Source: Bilabrum cf. latius
Lineage: Eukaryota
Direction of reading: 5' to 3'
Assembly (NCBI GenBank): GCA_965178125.1
Contig: OZ237742.1
Location: 1,054,001 to 1,118,000, forward strand
Length of the DNA: 64,000 bases
Part shown: positions 25,232-39,800 of the stretch, piece after piece
How the letters are laid out: every line of letters starts with the position of its first letter
How positions within the stretch are numbered: position 1 is the stretch's first letter
Made by a program: the position numbers and the translations under genes
Notes under the pieces: model-generated
Seen by the model: only the letters and a program-made list of their open reading frames with translations
What the model was told of the DNA's origin: nothing
Databases searched by the model: none

Positions 25232-28200
25232 TCACAATCTGCCGGTTGCTGCAGAACTGCCAGGCTCCTCAGATACACTTGGCAGTGACCCGACTCCAGC
25301 TCCAAATGAAGACGGCAACACCGGTCGAAACACATCCAGCGTTCCACTTCTGGGCATTGCCGGCGACGTGCGAGGGCCTCCGGTGTGAGCAAATCCTACC
25401 GGTAAAGATTTGGTGTTGATAGCAGCCTCGCTGTGGGGGCGTGACTCAGAGGCTGCGGCCGGTGGCGGGTCTGCGTCGGCATTGCGCTACCGGGAACCGG
25501 CAGCCCCACTCAATCTAACTCCGCTTTCGCCCCCTTGCACAAGCCCATAGCTATTATCTCTAGCTGGCTACAAGGCCTGTCTTTCAATCGCCCTCTCTTT
25601 GTAACTCTGGATCGACCTGTATGCGACTGCCTGCGACACTCCGGCTGCGAGCAAGTCTGCCACAGCGTCATCCGCCACCCGCTGCTTCCAGGTGCGGACG
25701 CTCTGCGACGCCGAGAGCTGCAAGCTGAGCCTCCGGACGTACAGCTCAAGGATCGCTCTGATCTGTACAACCATGTGCTACTTGCTCTGCTGTACTCGGA
25801 TCTGCTGGGACGTGCGGGGACGAGCGGCGGCACTGTGTTCTCTCATGGCGGACCGGGCCGCTTGCGCGTCGTGCTCGTCGCCTAGGAGCACTGGCGTCGC
25901 GGTAAAAGGGGTGCTGCGGTGGCACCGGACCAAGCACGACCCGATGTTGCCAAGCATTGTACGGGACTTGCGGGCCTGCGGTCGGGCTCGTCCGCGGCTG
26001 GTGCCCGGATCGTCGAAGCCGACATGAATCAGCGGCTTTCCTTTTGCTGAACGGAGCTCTCTGTCCTTCCGCTGAGTGGCTGCAGATTTGCCAGGTTCAC
26101 TCTGGCTAGATTCTGCCCAGACTCGTCCGTCGGCTGCTTCAGAGTCCGCTAGGGATGAGTGCACTCTCGGTGATCGCGCACCGATGCTGTCTCCATTGGC
26201 ACGGTAGGTACTGGCCTAGTCCTTGGCAACTTCTAAAGAGGCCTGCAAACTAGTGGTATTGGACATGCGTGCAGCGCGCTTGCGTAGCCATGGGTGAGTT
26301 TTCATCTGTCGCGCACCATACCTTCGATCTGTGTTTACCTCCAGCAGCCCTCGCAACGCATCCAGGCAGGCTGGACTGAGGTCAGCTGGGAGCACGTGCC
26401 AGGCGATCCTACCCGCTTTGGCATTCGCATCAATTTGGTGTCTATCCCGACCTTCGAACGGCATTCTGCCAGCCAGCAGCCAGAACAGGGTCACTCCCAA
26501 CGACCAGTAGTCGCTGGCCCTCTCCCCCTATTGCTGGACAAGCTCGGGGGCCATGAAGAGAGGAGTGCCGGCAACCTCCGCATTGAATGGACGATGCTCA
26601 AAGAACATAGTGTCGTCAGCAACAGCGGATCCCGAGTCATGCTGTGCTTCGTGGTGATTGATACCGGCGACAGCTGTTCTGGCCCATCGGGATACAGCGC
26701 TAACTGCGGTTGCTGCACTGTCGTAGGAGCGCTGCAGATGAATTTCAAGCTCTGCTGAAATCGCTGAAGCTGATGACGCTGCAGATGAACCTGGGGGCAC
26801 GACAGCACTTTTTGGGCTGGCATCGAACCCCGACGGGTCATCAGCAGTATGTCGCGAGCCGACTGACTCGTTCGCGACACGACCTGTGTCAAGATGTGGC
26901 CTCCTGCTGGTCTAATGTGCGGCAACTGTACACTTTTGTCGCCGATCCTGACCAGTGCTACAACTTCTGCTACCGGCTAGAATGTCCTCGCCGCTAGATC
27001 CTGACCGCTCCAAGCGAACAGCTCCTGCTGCCACGTCGTCGGATGCAGCTGCTCGCCCACCATGTGGCTAAAGCGAATGCAAGTGGGGCACTTTAGCGCG
27101 CTCCGACCGCAGGAGTGAGGGGGAGGGGACAATGCTACTATATCGAGAGCAAAATGCTGCAGCCTGCCCGTCAACCGCCGACTGCTGAACTCGCATGCGG
27201 GCGATATAGCGATACAACTACTCTGCACAGTCAGCAAGGCTATTGCTGCAAAAAACGACACTATTGTCACGGAGTTGCACCTACCATTGATGTGCACTTG
27301 TTTTATTCATGTAAGCAACCAGTCCATTGCTGTGCTTTGTGCTGCTCGGACCACCTTCTCCTCTTGACGCTGTCCACACTTCATTGACTGACGAAATGCA
27401 TAGCTGGCTGCGATGCGGCTGCACTGCAGCGCTGCTTCTCGCAGGTGCACTTGACGATTCATTTGGAGCAACATTATTGTACTCGACGGCAAGAATGCAG
27501 TCAAACAGGTCTGGTTCTGACCGTAGGCAGTGATGCAATTCAAGTCCGCTTGTCAAAACGGAGACCGACAGCTTGCCAGCACTTGAAAATTGCAAGGCTT
27601 GTCCCACCCTTACTACCTGATCCTTGTGAACAAGACTCGTACTTGAACGCCCACTCGAGGAATTCTACATCGGCGTTCCAGTGAAGGCAGGCACGACTAG
27701 AACGCTGGCAGGGTCGCTGGGTTGGAGACTACGCAGCGACGGTTCACGCCCATTAGACATCTTTGCCGGAGAAAGCAAAGGAAACACCAGCCTAAGCTCA
27801 TCTCGCTGGTTGACCGAGCCCTGCATCCATGCATTCGAGCTCAAGTCGTCGGCAGTAAGCTGGCGCTGAGCCGGCTGTTCGTTGCTAGCCTGAGCATTTG
27901 CATCTGCTGGAATACCACTGTCGGGTTTCACTAGGTCAGCGAGCCCAAAATCGATGAGAAACACACATCCCTGGGAGTCAATCACTACGTTTGAAGGCTT
28001 GATATCCCTGTGCAGAACTCCGGCTCGATGCATTCCTGCGAGTGTGCAGATCAACTGCCTTGCGATCTCTCTCGTAGCACCCTCCCGCATGCGCCAGCGA
28101 CCCGGTCGAGACCGCACCGTCTGTTCAAGATCAATGCCATCAATATACTCCATCAATATTCCGGTCTCTCTGCCTCTGACTACAACTGCTCCCAGTCTGC

Positions 28201-31200
28201 TGATTCCAGGGACACCGAGGCCTGCACAACGGAGCATAGCGAGAATCTCGTCGCGTACAACACCTGAATCTCTGCATCGATCCTCTTGCTGGGCGTGATT
28301 GCCTCGCAAATAGCTTTGCCTAACAAAACTTTCAACATGCGCATGCTTGTAGTTACTCTTTCCCACCTTGAGAGCGTACTGTTTTCCGGTGGACAGGTGC
28401 ACAGCCTGATACACTCTAGCGAATCCACCCTCACCCAAGACCTTCAACCGCTTAAACTCATTCATCTGGAAGCGTGGAAACGGACCCAGGGTAGAATTAA
28501 GACCACCTGCCACCTGCAGCGAGACAAGACCAGGATCTACGGCACTAGATGATCGAACGATAATCTATATTCTGGCGTGTACCTCGCCTGTCCCGCCTGG
28601 CGGGCTAGGCGCGAACGCCGCACACAGACAGGCGCCGTCGTCTGCAATAAGCTGCCTCGTTGGGCCAGCACGTCCTGTTCCGCTCTCGACCGTGGACTGG
28701 CACCACTGCTGCAGCCAGTCTCGAACGGCACCGTCAGTTGGAGACACTTGCTATGGCGCGAATCCAGTATCGCTTGACTTGTTGTTCACGCAGGATCGAA
28801 GCCTGGCAAGCCATGCAGCCTGCCAGGCACCCTATAGAGTGTGTCTAGGCTAGATCTTGCCCACTGCTCGAGCTTGAATCGGAGATCCATTGCGGTCGCA
28901 TTCTATCCGGCAGCGCACGTAGCAGGTATGATAGGTTGGACCTGTCACAATAGAATCGGGAGGAGCGCCGGTCAATTGGTCGCGGTCGTAGCTCCTGTTT
29001 ACCTCGTCCTCGAACACTTCTGCGTCAAGAACCCGTGGTGGTGGCATGTTTCTGGGGGCATTCGTTACCTAATTTGCGAGAGCGACTGCCATCCATGGCT
29101 AGACGAGAGAGATCATGGAGCTCAACTGGGCGCTGAGTAGGCAACTACCAGGCACGCCATGCCTCGTCTTGCGCAAACAGGCAGCTGTCTCGGCCAGACT
29201 GATGCTCTGAACAATTGGACCAGGCTAGCCCTCTCGCCTATGACCCCTGGACTGATCGTCCGAGTACAGAATACTGGCGGGCATTTGGCCTACGCTGGTA
29301 GCTCGAACCCTTCCGGTGGCGATACCTACTGCCGGACGTATGGCAGAGTTGATCGCGTAGAGCGCGGACTGGGCTTCGTGCAGCAGTCGGTGCGCTCCGA
29401 CGAGAGCGACGAATCTCCAGTTTCGTTTGGTGATGCGCCAGCTGCTCTTAGCTTGCGATCTGGCAAGTACGTTCTGTATGCTATCCAAATTGGACGCAAA
29501 CCAACCCAGGATAACACGGTCGGCACGCGATTGCATCCGCACGCAGCCGTAACGAGAGCAGACCTCGTCTGCGATTGCCCCTATCTTGCGGTGCAGACCA
29601 AATGTTGCTACAGGTCCAGCTAGCTCTGAGATCGACTCGAAGCCGCCAAGCACAAGAGTTGCAACCACGGAGCTGCCAAGCGAAGCTGACACTGCGGTTG
29701 ACTCCCAGGCTGGGCGTGCTACAGTAGGGTGCACTTGGCTGACTGTTTGATACTGCATCAGCCCTCTAACACCAGGCTACTTGTCGTGGAAGGTAGCGGA
29801 GCGGATGAGTGCCAGAGGCAGCAGCTCAGAGGCAGCGAATTCCAGGCGCCTCTTTGCCTGCGCTGAGATCTACTTGGCTCTGGCGGCGTGAAACTTGACC
29901 TCATCAAGACCTTGTAGAACATCCTTACTCCTTGCCAGTGATATAATCACGAAGTGAAGAACGTAGAAAGCGCCAACGAACACCCGAAGAATCATAATAA
30001 CGTCAACCCGATGGATCCCGTCGCGCACGCGTGTGTTCGGAGCAAGCACCGCAGTGCATGTGGCCGCAGCATCAGAGTTCGCACGGGTCACGGTTCCTTC
30101 CAAGCCTGCCTGGAGAATCGCGAAAGGCCCTCCTGCCCCTACCAGCGATATGAACAATGCTATGGCAAATGTTGCAGCGCTGTCTCCACACGTACGCGCG
30201 ACACCTACTGCAAGGACAGTTGCAGCTAGCACCGGGGCGGACCCACTCAGGAAAGAGAACCTAGAATAGCATGATTCATAGACCACTTCTAGCTACCAAA
30301 GCGTGCGGAACACTACCATGGAAAATACCACGGCTGCGTACATCGCGTACCCTACCCATGGTGGTACTAATGTTCCGCTAGCGTGATGGGACAGCCCGAT
30401 CACGACCATGCACGCACCTACAGCCACTCGAGGCGTGAATGGCAGGAAAAACTTCATGAGAATGGCAGTGGCGGTGATATGTCTCCCCTCGGCAGCGAAC
30501 TCAAGACTACCAACCTGAAGTGCTCCAGACAGGGACCCGTACATCAGAGAGCCCCCGATGCAAGCCATCACAAGCCCAGACAAGAGCGGGAGTCCGTAAA
30601 CACCCGAAGTATGAAGAAGTTCATCAATACCAACCCCTTTCGAATGATGAGACTACTTCGAAACGTTATTCTCTCGCAATGACGTCTCAATGCCAGGCAG
30701 AACTGTCGCTGTGATGGGCGCTAGCTCAGGTCCACGAATTCCGTCCAAGATCTGCAAGCACATATGGCGAATACTTTCAGAATCAGGACTTGAAGTGGGC
30801 ATGTCGCCTGCAGCCATTATTGCATTGCGATCGCCGAGAACTTCCTGGACCCACTTTGGAACATCCAGGCGCGTGCTGGAGTCTGTGAAGCTGCTCGGGT
30901 CTTCAACAAGATCTTCAACCAGGTCTCCACACTTTGCAGCTCGTACTATCGTCTACAGCGCGTGTATGATCGTGGCTAGGCTATAGGAGTCATCCGATGA
31001 ATTATTGTTGGTCCTGTGTTCAGCAATCAGGAACTTCAAGCCAACCGTGGAACTCGATGGCATGTTTGAAGCCGCCGATGCACTTACGGCCAAATCGCTT
31101 GGCTGTAGCTACGCTTCGAGCCAAGATATCAGCAACGTGACTGCGTCGAGCACGCTACGCGTAGCAGCAAGCTGCTGCTGAGCCAGAATGCTCTGGTTGC

Positions 31201-34141
31201 GCTCTGGGGGCCTCGCTACGGTGGGGTGCACATTAGCAGAAGCGATCGCTAGCCGCCACTGCAGCGCTCCTTCCAGCCCTCCTCTCAGCGATTGCAGCCT
31301 CGAAAATACTTTCATCGCATTGGATCGCTCTACGTTTGCAACGTGACAGCAATCTGAGCAACGATCGTGTTCGTTCGGGAGGTTCAATCCGGTGGCCAAG
31401 CGAGTCGCGAACTCCAGACCACCGCCGAATGTCGCCCATTCCTGCGGCTGCTGCTTGAGCCCCAGCAGCCCCACCACCATGGCAGATCGGGACGAGGAGG
31501 GATAGGCGATGCCAGCCCGGAGCTGGGTGCCGCGGGATGACGCAGTTGAACAGCCTTCTGCAAACCGCAGCAGTGCAGAAAATAAGCTGAACGCCTGGGC
31601 GTAGCGCTGCTCAGCTGGCTGCGCCACGGGTGCATCTCGCACTGGGGTCCGTAAACCAGATAGACATACCCATATTGCCTTTGACGAATAACCTGCATCA
31701 AGTTGCATTCGAATCTTGTCTGTCCCGAGGGCAGCATCCATGGAGTCCCAGTCTATTGTAGCCATTCGATCCAGGGCCTCCCTGCTGTCGCGCGTCAGCA
31801 CGCCAAGCGAAGACACGGCTCTTGAATGCGCGGCAGGCGACTGCAGAGCATCGCGGTACTACCGAGCCAAACCTGTAAAGAACCCACTGATTGTGTCATC
31901 TACTAGCAGGACTGAGTCAAGCGACCGTGTCACCTCCGCCGTCGTCCGTTTGGCACCCTCTCTGCCGCTGTCTGAGACGTCTAGAAACTCACTCAAGAGC
32001 TCGGCTTCGCTCGTCATATGGGCAGCTGCTGACGTCCGAGCCGATTGATCACAAAACTGTTCGTTGGATACCGGGGCATGCTGTCTCTCAATAGCGACAG
32101 CCATGACCACCGGCCTGGCCTCGAACGCCATCACGCCTGCCTCCATGCACTCCTGGGCGAAGGGGGGCACCTGGTCCACAACGGAGTCGATGATCACCTG
32201 CTGCTGCCGGATAGCTAGTTGCTATTCCTTTCGGAAATGCTGCCTGGCAGCCGCAGTGCGCCACGTGTAAAAAGAGTGATCTAGACCCATTACTACAGGA
32301 AATGCCACAGCCACGAACAGCGAGTAGCTGATCAGGTCCGCAACCACCCCCAGACCATTCAGTCCTAGCGGGCTGCTGAAGCTGTACCTGTGTTCTTCGG
32401 GGAGGAAGTCAAGGTCAGCCCGGCCCAGCGGCCACGCGTCGCCTGTGAAGCTGATCGTAAGGAAGAGCCCGAGTGACCATGCTATGTACGCAAACTGCAT
32501 ACCAGCCCAGGGCACAGCCGCCTTGTCATAGTCTAGGGGTGCAAGAATCGGCCACAGTATCCACATGCTCAACGCCTTGTTGCTGCCGCGCCCCGGGCCC
32601 ACTAACAGGTCAAGGCACATTGCAAGCACGGTGGTTAGTGCCAACGCGGCAACGGGCACGTCCGTCGATGCCATGTGCTCGAGGCCAGCCACCGCTGCCG
32701 CCATACGAAGCGCAGACGCATTCCGTCTCTGCTCAGCTCTTTTTCGGAGCCCAGCACTTTCCGTTGTGTACTGAGAATCGGTGCGTGCTGCTGATGACCT
32801 CCCGCTGGCTGGCGGGGTGCTGCTCGAGGACGCTGCACTCCCGAGCAAGATTCCTCGACCGTGCTCGGAAGCAGGGCCGCTCGCCGCCCCTCGCGAGGAA
32901 TCGAAGGGGTCTGCGTAGGGTCCGAGCGCAGCTGGGCGCGCGCTGAGGTGGCCCTCGCGCCGACCCACCGCTTGCACGGACGCGGTTCTCTGGGCAGAGG
33001 CAGCGGAATTCATCCTTGCAGCGGCGCGACACGTGCTGTCCAGCAAGTCCCACAATCGTTGCGCGTTTGTTTGGGCGGTGTGTTGGTTACAGATGCGCTT
33101 GACGTGACCCCTCGCTGCAGCAGCCGACGATGAATTCTCTCGACTCGGGGTCCCGGATGAATCCTCAGGCTGGGTCGGGGAGCCCCGGTTTTGCTCCAAC
33201 CACGACCTGCTCTGGTCTGAGCCGGCGCTCGGGCCCCCTTCCGCGGAGTTGGTCGCATCCTGATGGATGGACGCTTGCTCTGCAGGGGTGATCTGGCTCA
33301 TGCTGCCGTGGCTTGGGGCGGCGCTGCTATGCGCGGCGCCGGCAATACCGGAACCTCGTTTTGCAATTCCCTCATGCCGTTGCCTGCAGCAGGCCCAGAC
33401 AGAGGCTCGGCTAATGAATGGCATGCATACTAAGGTGGCCCCACTTTCGGGGTCAGGATCGAACAGGCACGGCCAGGTCAGTCGCAGGCAGCATCGCGAC
33501 AGGGAGATGGCGGCGGCTTGGCCATCCGGGGAGCGCAGCCACGTTGGGCAGCATGATCGGACAGTGGCGTTACAATCGTTGCTTCGGCTCCTGCCAGACT
33601 CCAATGCGACGCTTGGTGCTGCAGCATTCCCCAGGTCTGCTCCACCGGCATTGCCTCGCGACCCGCGAGACGAAGCGTTCTGGGTGCTGGACCTTGGCTG
33701 AGCTGCGGGCTACTACTAGAATCGTTCATGCTAACTTGCGTTGCTGTGCTGTGTAGAATGCCCTCCTGAGCTACCTGAATCCCGTTCGGCGCGGCCCCTG
33801 TGCAGCTCACTCGCAGCTGTAGTTGAAAACCTCCTCGTATTCTCCTCGCTGGATCCGGCTGCCGGCGTTACAGCAGATTTATCTAGTCCCAGCACAAATC
33901 TAGACCAAAACCGCAGAAACTAAGACACTGCTGCCGACCCAATCAGTAGCAGCACGGAGAGCACAGTGGAAGCTGCTAATGCCGACGGTCGAGCTTCATA
34001 TATCGCCGGTGCATCTCCAGACGTCCTTGTTCGACTGTCTGTTAAAAATTGCCCCACAATAATCACGAACATCACCGAGGACATTGACTGTGCGGCACAT
34101 ATGCAGCCCCCGGTCGTTCCTGCACGCCTCGGCACTGCCAT
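25232..34141 (-). CDS. Paralogue B: multi-TM tandem pseudo-cyclase / Ser-Thr kinase fusion (~2,970 aa); TAG=Gln; 5' end uncertain
   Basis: Fifteen track ORFs share one frame, joined only by TAG (including TAG-TAG-TAG at 33710-33718); ends TGA at 25232. Same domain order as A; kinase motifs [20 protein letters not shown]. Confidence 0.85.
32373..32563. repeat. 191-bp tract near-identical between paralogue B and C (44420-44610), diverged in A
   Basis: Three mismatches seen; encodes [26 protein letters not shown]...[10 protein letters not shown]. Confidence 0.95.
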
Positions 34142-35217
34142 CGAATTACGATGCTGTCACCTGCGTACGCGCCCGAACAAGTGATGATTCAGCCGAATCT
34201 TATTGGATATATACTCATGTCCATGAATATGCTTCACTTTGTGTTTAGGGTCACGGTAGAACGCGTCGCAATTATGCAATAGCGCTCAAGTATCGAATAC
34301 TCAGCTTGCTGCAGTCTCACGGAGAATAATAGCAGTCGGCTTGGATGAACTTTGATCAATTATCTACACCAATTACCGCAGGTCGGTCAGAACACGGGCA
34401 GTACACCGTAAACGTGGCACAGGCAATCAAACTAACCTTCCATTGGACCTGGGCTGGCTTGGTCGCAAGTTTGCACTGCACTGTGGCGCAGAGCGATTAC
34501 CTCATCCGTAGGCTCCGATGCCTCCTTATTGGAGTAGCTTCCGAGCTAGATCTACCTATATTTAAATGATCCTAACGCCATATGGGTGTTGATGCCAGAG
34601 TGGGAGTGCGTGAACGTCTCGTTGGGTTCCGCTGGCGGTCGCAACCGGGAGGGTTCGACCAAGCCAACGGATTGCTTTGCGGTGACGCGCATACCCTCTT
34701 TGTATTCAGGAGATGGGCAGAGATTGGATACTTTTTGGCGTACGCGCTGGCATCAATCACAAGCAACACCTCTGTATCTACCCACAGGCACTGCGCACCC
34801 CATACTAGTCGCTGTGGGTCTGCCAGTGCTGACGCCCAATTGAGATAGAGTGGCCACTGGCAGCTGTGCGGCGCAACTCGAGATGCCATGGTCGCTGGAT
34901 GGCACAGCGAGACACTTTAGTCAGGTCATGCCGGTTTAGCAGGTCCTTGATTGAGGGAAGACGATGCTATGCAAGGTGGGGTGGTTCAAGCTTGACACCG
35001 GCAGCTGCTGCTCGTGGGGGCTTTCTTCTGCCTGTGCACCAGCACTATAGCCTCTGCTCAGCATGATCGGCGGGGCATCGAACTCCACCACTCGACGAAG
35101 GCTCCCGAAGACTCGGAATGTTGCATTTGGCCGTTCGGGCTGCAGACTGTCATTCTACACTTTCAAAGCTAAGACCGAATCAAAAGATTTGAAGAGGACA
35201 TCAGTTTGCAAGTTATC

Positions 35218-36693
35218 ATGACGTCTATTAAGAAGTCTGACCGCGGCTGGCTCTCCGGGAGGGCCTTAATCATTTTGTCCGGCGCTTTCTGCGTACTTCT
35301 CGCTGGCGCGTTTCTAGTGATGTTCCAAATGTACGGCTCGGAAATTTCCGGTATGTTTGATGTAAGTACCATATTTCGGGGGCGACACACTCTTGATGCC
35401 TCTGTCGAGCGTGGAAGTGCCGCTGATTCGTTTCACAAGTTGCACCCCGACCACGGCGTGCAAGCAGTTGCGGCCACACGACAGTACGGGGATAACCCTG
35501 GTATCACGTTTGACGTGTGCCCAGAACAACAAGTGATGCCAGTGCAATAGAGCTCCATGGGTCCCATTGTCCTCTCCGACGATTGCGTTCTCGACGGTGG
35601 CGTGGAATGGTCCTGCAACGTGGACGAGCTCCGTGCGTTCCAGAAGGAGTTTCCCGGCGAGGAACTACCGAAGGAAGAGTACTGCTTCAGAAAGAGAGTG
35701 GAGAACAAGCACGAAGTGTTTCAGAGCCAGCCGCAGTCCATGGATCGGCAAGACTTCAGCAACGGTTTCATCGGCTCCTTTTTGCAGGCGTACTCTGGGC
35801 ACCACCACGTGCAGCTTCGGCCGGACGACTTCTGGCTCGCCGTGGTCCGCGGATTCGACACGCTCATGCTTGAAGGTGGACCGAAAGGAGAGGGGATCGC
35901 CGAGGAAGTGAGGGACTCCTTGGTGGAGCACAAGGGCAAGGTCAAGCTGGTGGTCCGGTCGGGTGGTTCCATCAGGACCGGCGATGTGGACTGGATCGTG
36001 GAGCAGTTCGCTTAGCAGATCGACAAGAAGACCAAATCAGATGTACGGAACTGGATCGAACCCGACTTCAGCACCACCACGCCCCTGGATCGCGCCGTCT
36101 CAAAGATGGCGCTGATGAGCACGATGCAGCGCTACTTTGACTACAAGGCTGTGTTCCTGTGCAGCTTGCCAAGGGTGACCCTGCTCGGCACGGTGGAGGA
36201 TTGGAAGCTTGTTCGGTAGAAGGTGGACGGGCTGCTTCGCTTCGACCATGAGCTTCTCACCAAGTGGCATGGCGTGCTTGCCAAGGTGGTGGACTAGTTC
36301 TAGGCGGCTGCGAATGGCGAGATCGATGCAGTCTTCTGGCAGAGTGTGCACGACTGGAGGGGGCGAAGCAAGCAGGATGCACCCCATTGTGAGAGCGGTA
36401 GCTGCCCCATCGACGGGTGGGTTGCCGCGTTTGCCCCACTGCAGGCTTTACATGGCGTGTAGGAGAAGCACCCATTCGGGCTAGTGGAGCCTGGGGATTT
36501 CCCCACCGGCTGGTTTGAAGTGCCCGTGGAAGTCGATGACAACGGAGTACAATACCAGACTTGGATGCGGGCCGGGCATTTCGGCGAAAACGTGTCGGGA
36601 GATAAACGTGAGATAATCAGCCCGGCGGTGGGTTGGCAGTGGATCAACCAGACACCGCGGCCGCGCGCAGAAGGCACTGCCGGGCAAGCGTGA
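35218..36693 (+). CDS. DUF4419-family protein with N-terminal signal anchor (~491 aa); TAG=Gln
   Basis: Motifs NGFIGSFLQAYSGHHHVQLRPDDFWL, PDFSTTTPLD, MSTMQRYFDY, CSLPRVTLLGTVEDW, IDGWVAAF, PAVGW. Six in-frame TAG (35548, 36013, 36217, 36295, 36301, 36460); ends in TGA. Confidence 0.85.
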
Positions 36694-36822
36694 CTGAGGT
36701 TTCGGCCTCTCTTTTTTAGCATCTAGCTTAGCAAAGCCGAAAATCCCATAATAGATCTGTTACGAGTGCAATTTTGCAATAAAGCGGCTCGCCTTGACTG
36801 TTGGTACCGTGCGGCTGCTCCA

Positions 36823-39800
36823 TCAAGTGCGATCACCTGCATTCCCACTACTTTCGAGTAGCAGCCCCGCCCAGCTAAACTCGACATCATCGTCCATGTC
36901 GCCCGAGAGGCTCAGCTCCCTGGGTGTCTCGGCGGGATCGTCCTCCTCCACCTCAACCACGCTGGGGAGGGACGAGTGCGCAAGGCCGTACGACTGGGGG
37001 TCAACCGATGTGATAGGAGGAACAGGATTCGGCGATCTGGCGCCGACTCCCCCAGCCACGCCGACCGACGCACTGTACCGAATTGCAACTGCGCCCGAGG
37101 CCTCACCACCCCCCGCGTGCAGTTGCTGACCCTAACGGGTTGCAGGCTAACCCGCAGTTCTCCCTGCAGTTTGAGGCATGGCATGAGCCAGCCTCACCTC
37201 TTGCCTGCGATACCTCGCGATGGCTCGCGTCGCCACTGTCTCGGATACCCCCGCAGCCAGGAGATCGTTCATGCAGTCCTGCCGAATCACTGTGAAGCTT
37301 CTTATCTCCGTGTTGCTACTACCTCTGCGCTCACTGGCTTCTTCCTCGACCCGATTAGCTCCACCTCCTGCAGCAGTGCCATAATTGTCATCTGCAGCGT
37401 CTTCGCTAGCCTGAGTCTCAATGGCTATGGCGGCCAGCCAATCCCTCCTCCGCACGTACACTTCCAGGATTCCCCGCACGAGAGCCACCATCTTTTCTCT
37501 TCGCGACTTTGCCATGCGATGGGCGGCTCTCTAAGGCCCGCCCAGCCGCTTTGAGCGCTTTGCACTCTGGTTGGATGCTGCAACACGAGGCACCTTGACA
37601 GAGGGAGCTCTCAGGTCGTCACCGAGGGTCAGCATGGCCATGCCACCAGCCGATCGGCAAGGAATAATGTTCTTCCGCATGGATATCTCCTGCGCAATCT
37701 GATTTCTTTGGAATGATGCTAGTCCCGGGGCTCCGGCACGCCATGGCCTCTGTGAGCTGCGTCTGCCTGGAAGTGAGCACGGCTCGCGACTGCCTGCTTG
37801 AACGGCTTGCAGCTCATGCTCAGCTTCTCCTGGACTCTAGTTCATGGCAGACTTTGAATCTACCGAATTTCCTGCTCCACTCGCGGCAGATGCACTGTCA
37901 GCAGTGGAGCTGCCTTGTCGCCCAGTCCCGTCCAGCCATGGGTGCTACATTAGCTACTATGCGCCATACCTGCGACTCGTGTTGACTTCCAGCAGCCCCC
38001 GCAAGACGTCCAGGCAGGCAGGGCTGAGATCCACCGGAAGCAGGTGCCAAGCAACTCGGCCATTCTTTGCGTTGTCGAGCTACATGTACAACGATTCTCC
38101 TTCGAACGGCATTCTGCCAGCCAGCAGCCAGAACAGGGTTACTCCCAACGACCAGTAGTCGCTGGCCCTCTGCCCCTGGTGCTTGAAGAGCTCGGGAGCC
38201 ATGAAGAGAGGAGTGCCGGCGATCCCTGCAGCAAAGGGCTGCTACTCGCGGAACAGCAGGCCGTCCCGCGCGGTGATATTTGCCGAGGAGCCACCTGCGG
38301 AGGGGTGCAGCGACTCGGCTGACGCCCTGGATTTGAATCGCTGCATGGAAGACTCGGTCGCCGCCCTGGCCCATAGGTCAAGACACCACGCCTCTTCGGG
38401 GACTGGGCCAGCTTGCGAAGGCCCATGAGAAGCAATCTCACCCTCTCTTGCAGCATGACCCGAGCGTGGTTTGAGCGCAATGCCAGCAGCATCGAGACCC
38501 ACAGTGAATGAATCATCTGCAGGCGCGCCCCCCGGCGAACGAGGAACCTTGAACGCAAGGCGTCCATCTGCGGACTAGCTACCCATTTCTCGGACACTGT
38601 CCTTCGATACATCTGTAGCGTCACCAGTTGCCACTCCAGCAACAGTGTCAGTGTGGATCTCCGATGTCTGCGCAACATAGTCATGGTCGTGGCCCATGCT
38701 ATCAGATGGATCATTGCCTGACGGGTTGCTTCCTGCAACGAACGAAGTTTTGAAAGAGGCATACAGCCCCGCTCTATCAACATGCGAACGTGCCATCGTT
38801 CCAGATTCGCTGGCAAAGGAGGGGGTGGTCCCCTTCAGCATTACTTGACCAGAGCCAGACGCAGTGGTTCCTGATGCAAGCCCAGACCTGACTGCACTTG
38901 CCTGCACCTGGGTATGCATCCGTGCTTGACGCAAGCCCTAAGCTGAGACGGAACAGTTCTCCGCCACGCACGCCTGCTCGGTTGCCAAGAGGCTGCCTGA
39001 CGGATGCACGTGGGAGCCTAGCTTGGCTGCGTCTCGCATCGCTCTCGCTGCCTGCGCACGGCGCTGCCTGCTGGATTTGCGCGCCTTGTGCACGGCACCA
39101 TCAATGCTGTTCCATATATCAACGTTTACCTGCACACCCACGGCAGCGGGAACCCGAACGCAATGTATTGGCATGCCTACGGTCTTGTTGCCAATACCAG
39201 CCGCTTCTGAATTCGAGTGCCGACCAATAGGATCAGAATAGTCTCCCACCGAAGGCTGACGCTAAGAGCTCCCGAATGCCGCACTAATAGATCGAGAGAC
39301 GCGGCCCAGCCTGTCATGCTACTGCTGCTGCGCCCGGATGATTGCCGCTCGAACGTCTTGAATGCCTTGCTGCAGATCAGCTGGATGCGTGTCATCACCT
39401 ACAACGATGGCACAATCTAGCAGATCAACATCCCGCTCGATCACTTTTGCTGCCCGTCTGAGCGAAGCGACCCACGTTGATGCTACCCCCATCTCTGCTA
39501 GGTGCTGCTGAATCTCCGCGCGCCAGGCCCCCAGGGCACGAGATACGCCTTGCTCGTGCCCGGTGATTTCCGAATCATTGCAGACTGAAACAAGAATCAC
39601 GCTGGACATCCCATCGATTGAAGATTGGCTTGATCCCACCCACTCGGCGGAAAGCCCAGGACTGCCTGGAACGCAAATTGCTCGTGGCGGGGAGTACAGC
39701 GGCAGACCGAGGTGCAGATCGTCGTGATCGTGCAAATGTTCACTCGCCCAATGCAGTGCAGGGATGCGCAGCGGTGCGTTGATTCCTGCCGCACTCGGCA

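Noticed and set aside
34345-35160. Possible small gene or upstream exons between paralogue B and DUF4419 (e.g. 34582-34950 +)
   Set aside because: Short frames with no recognisable motif even with TAG read through; cannot be supported.
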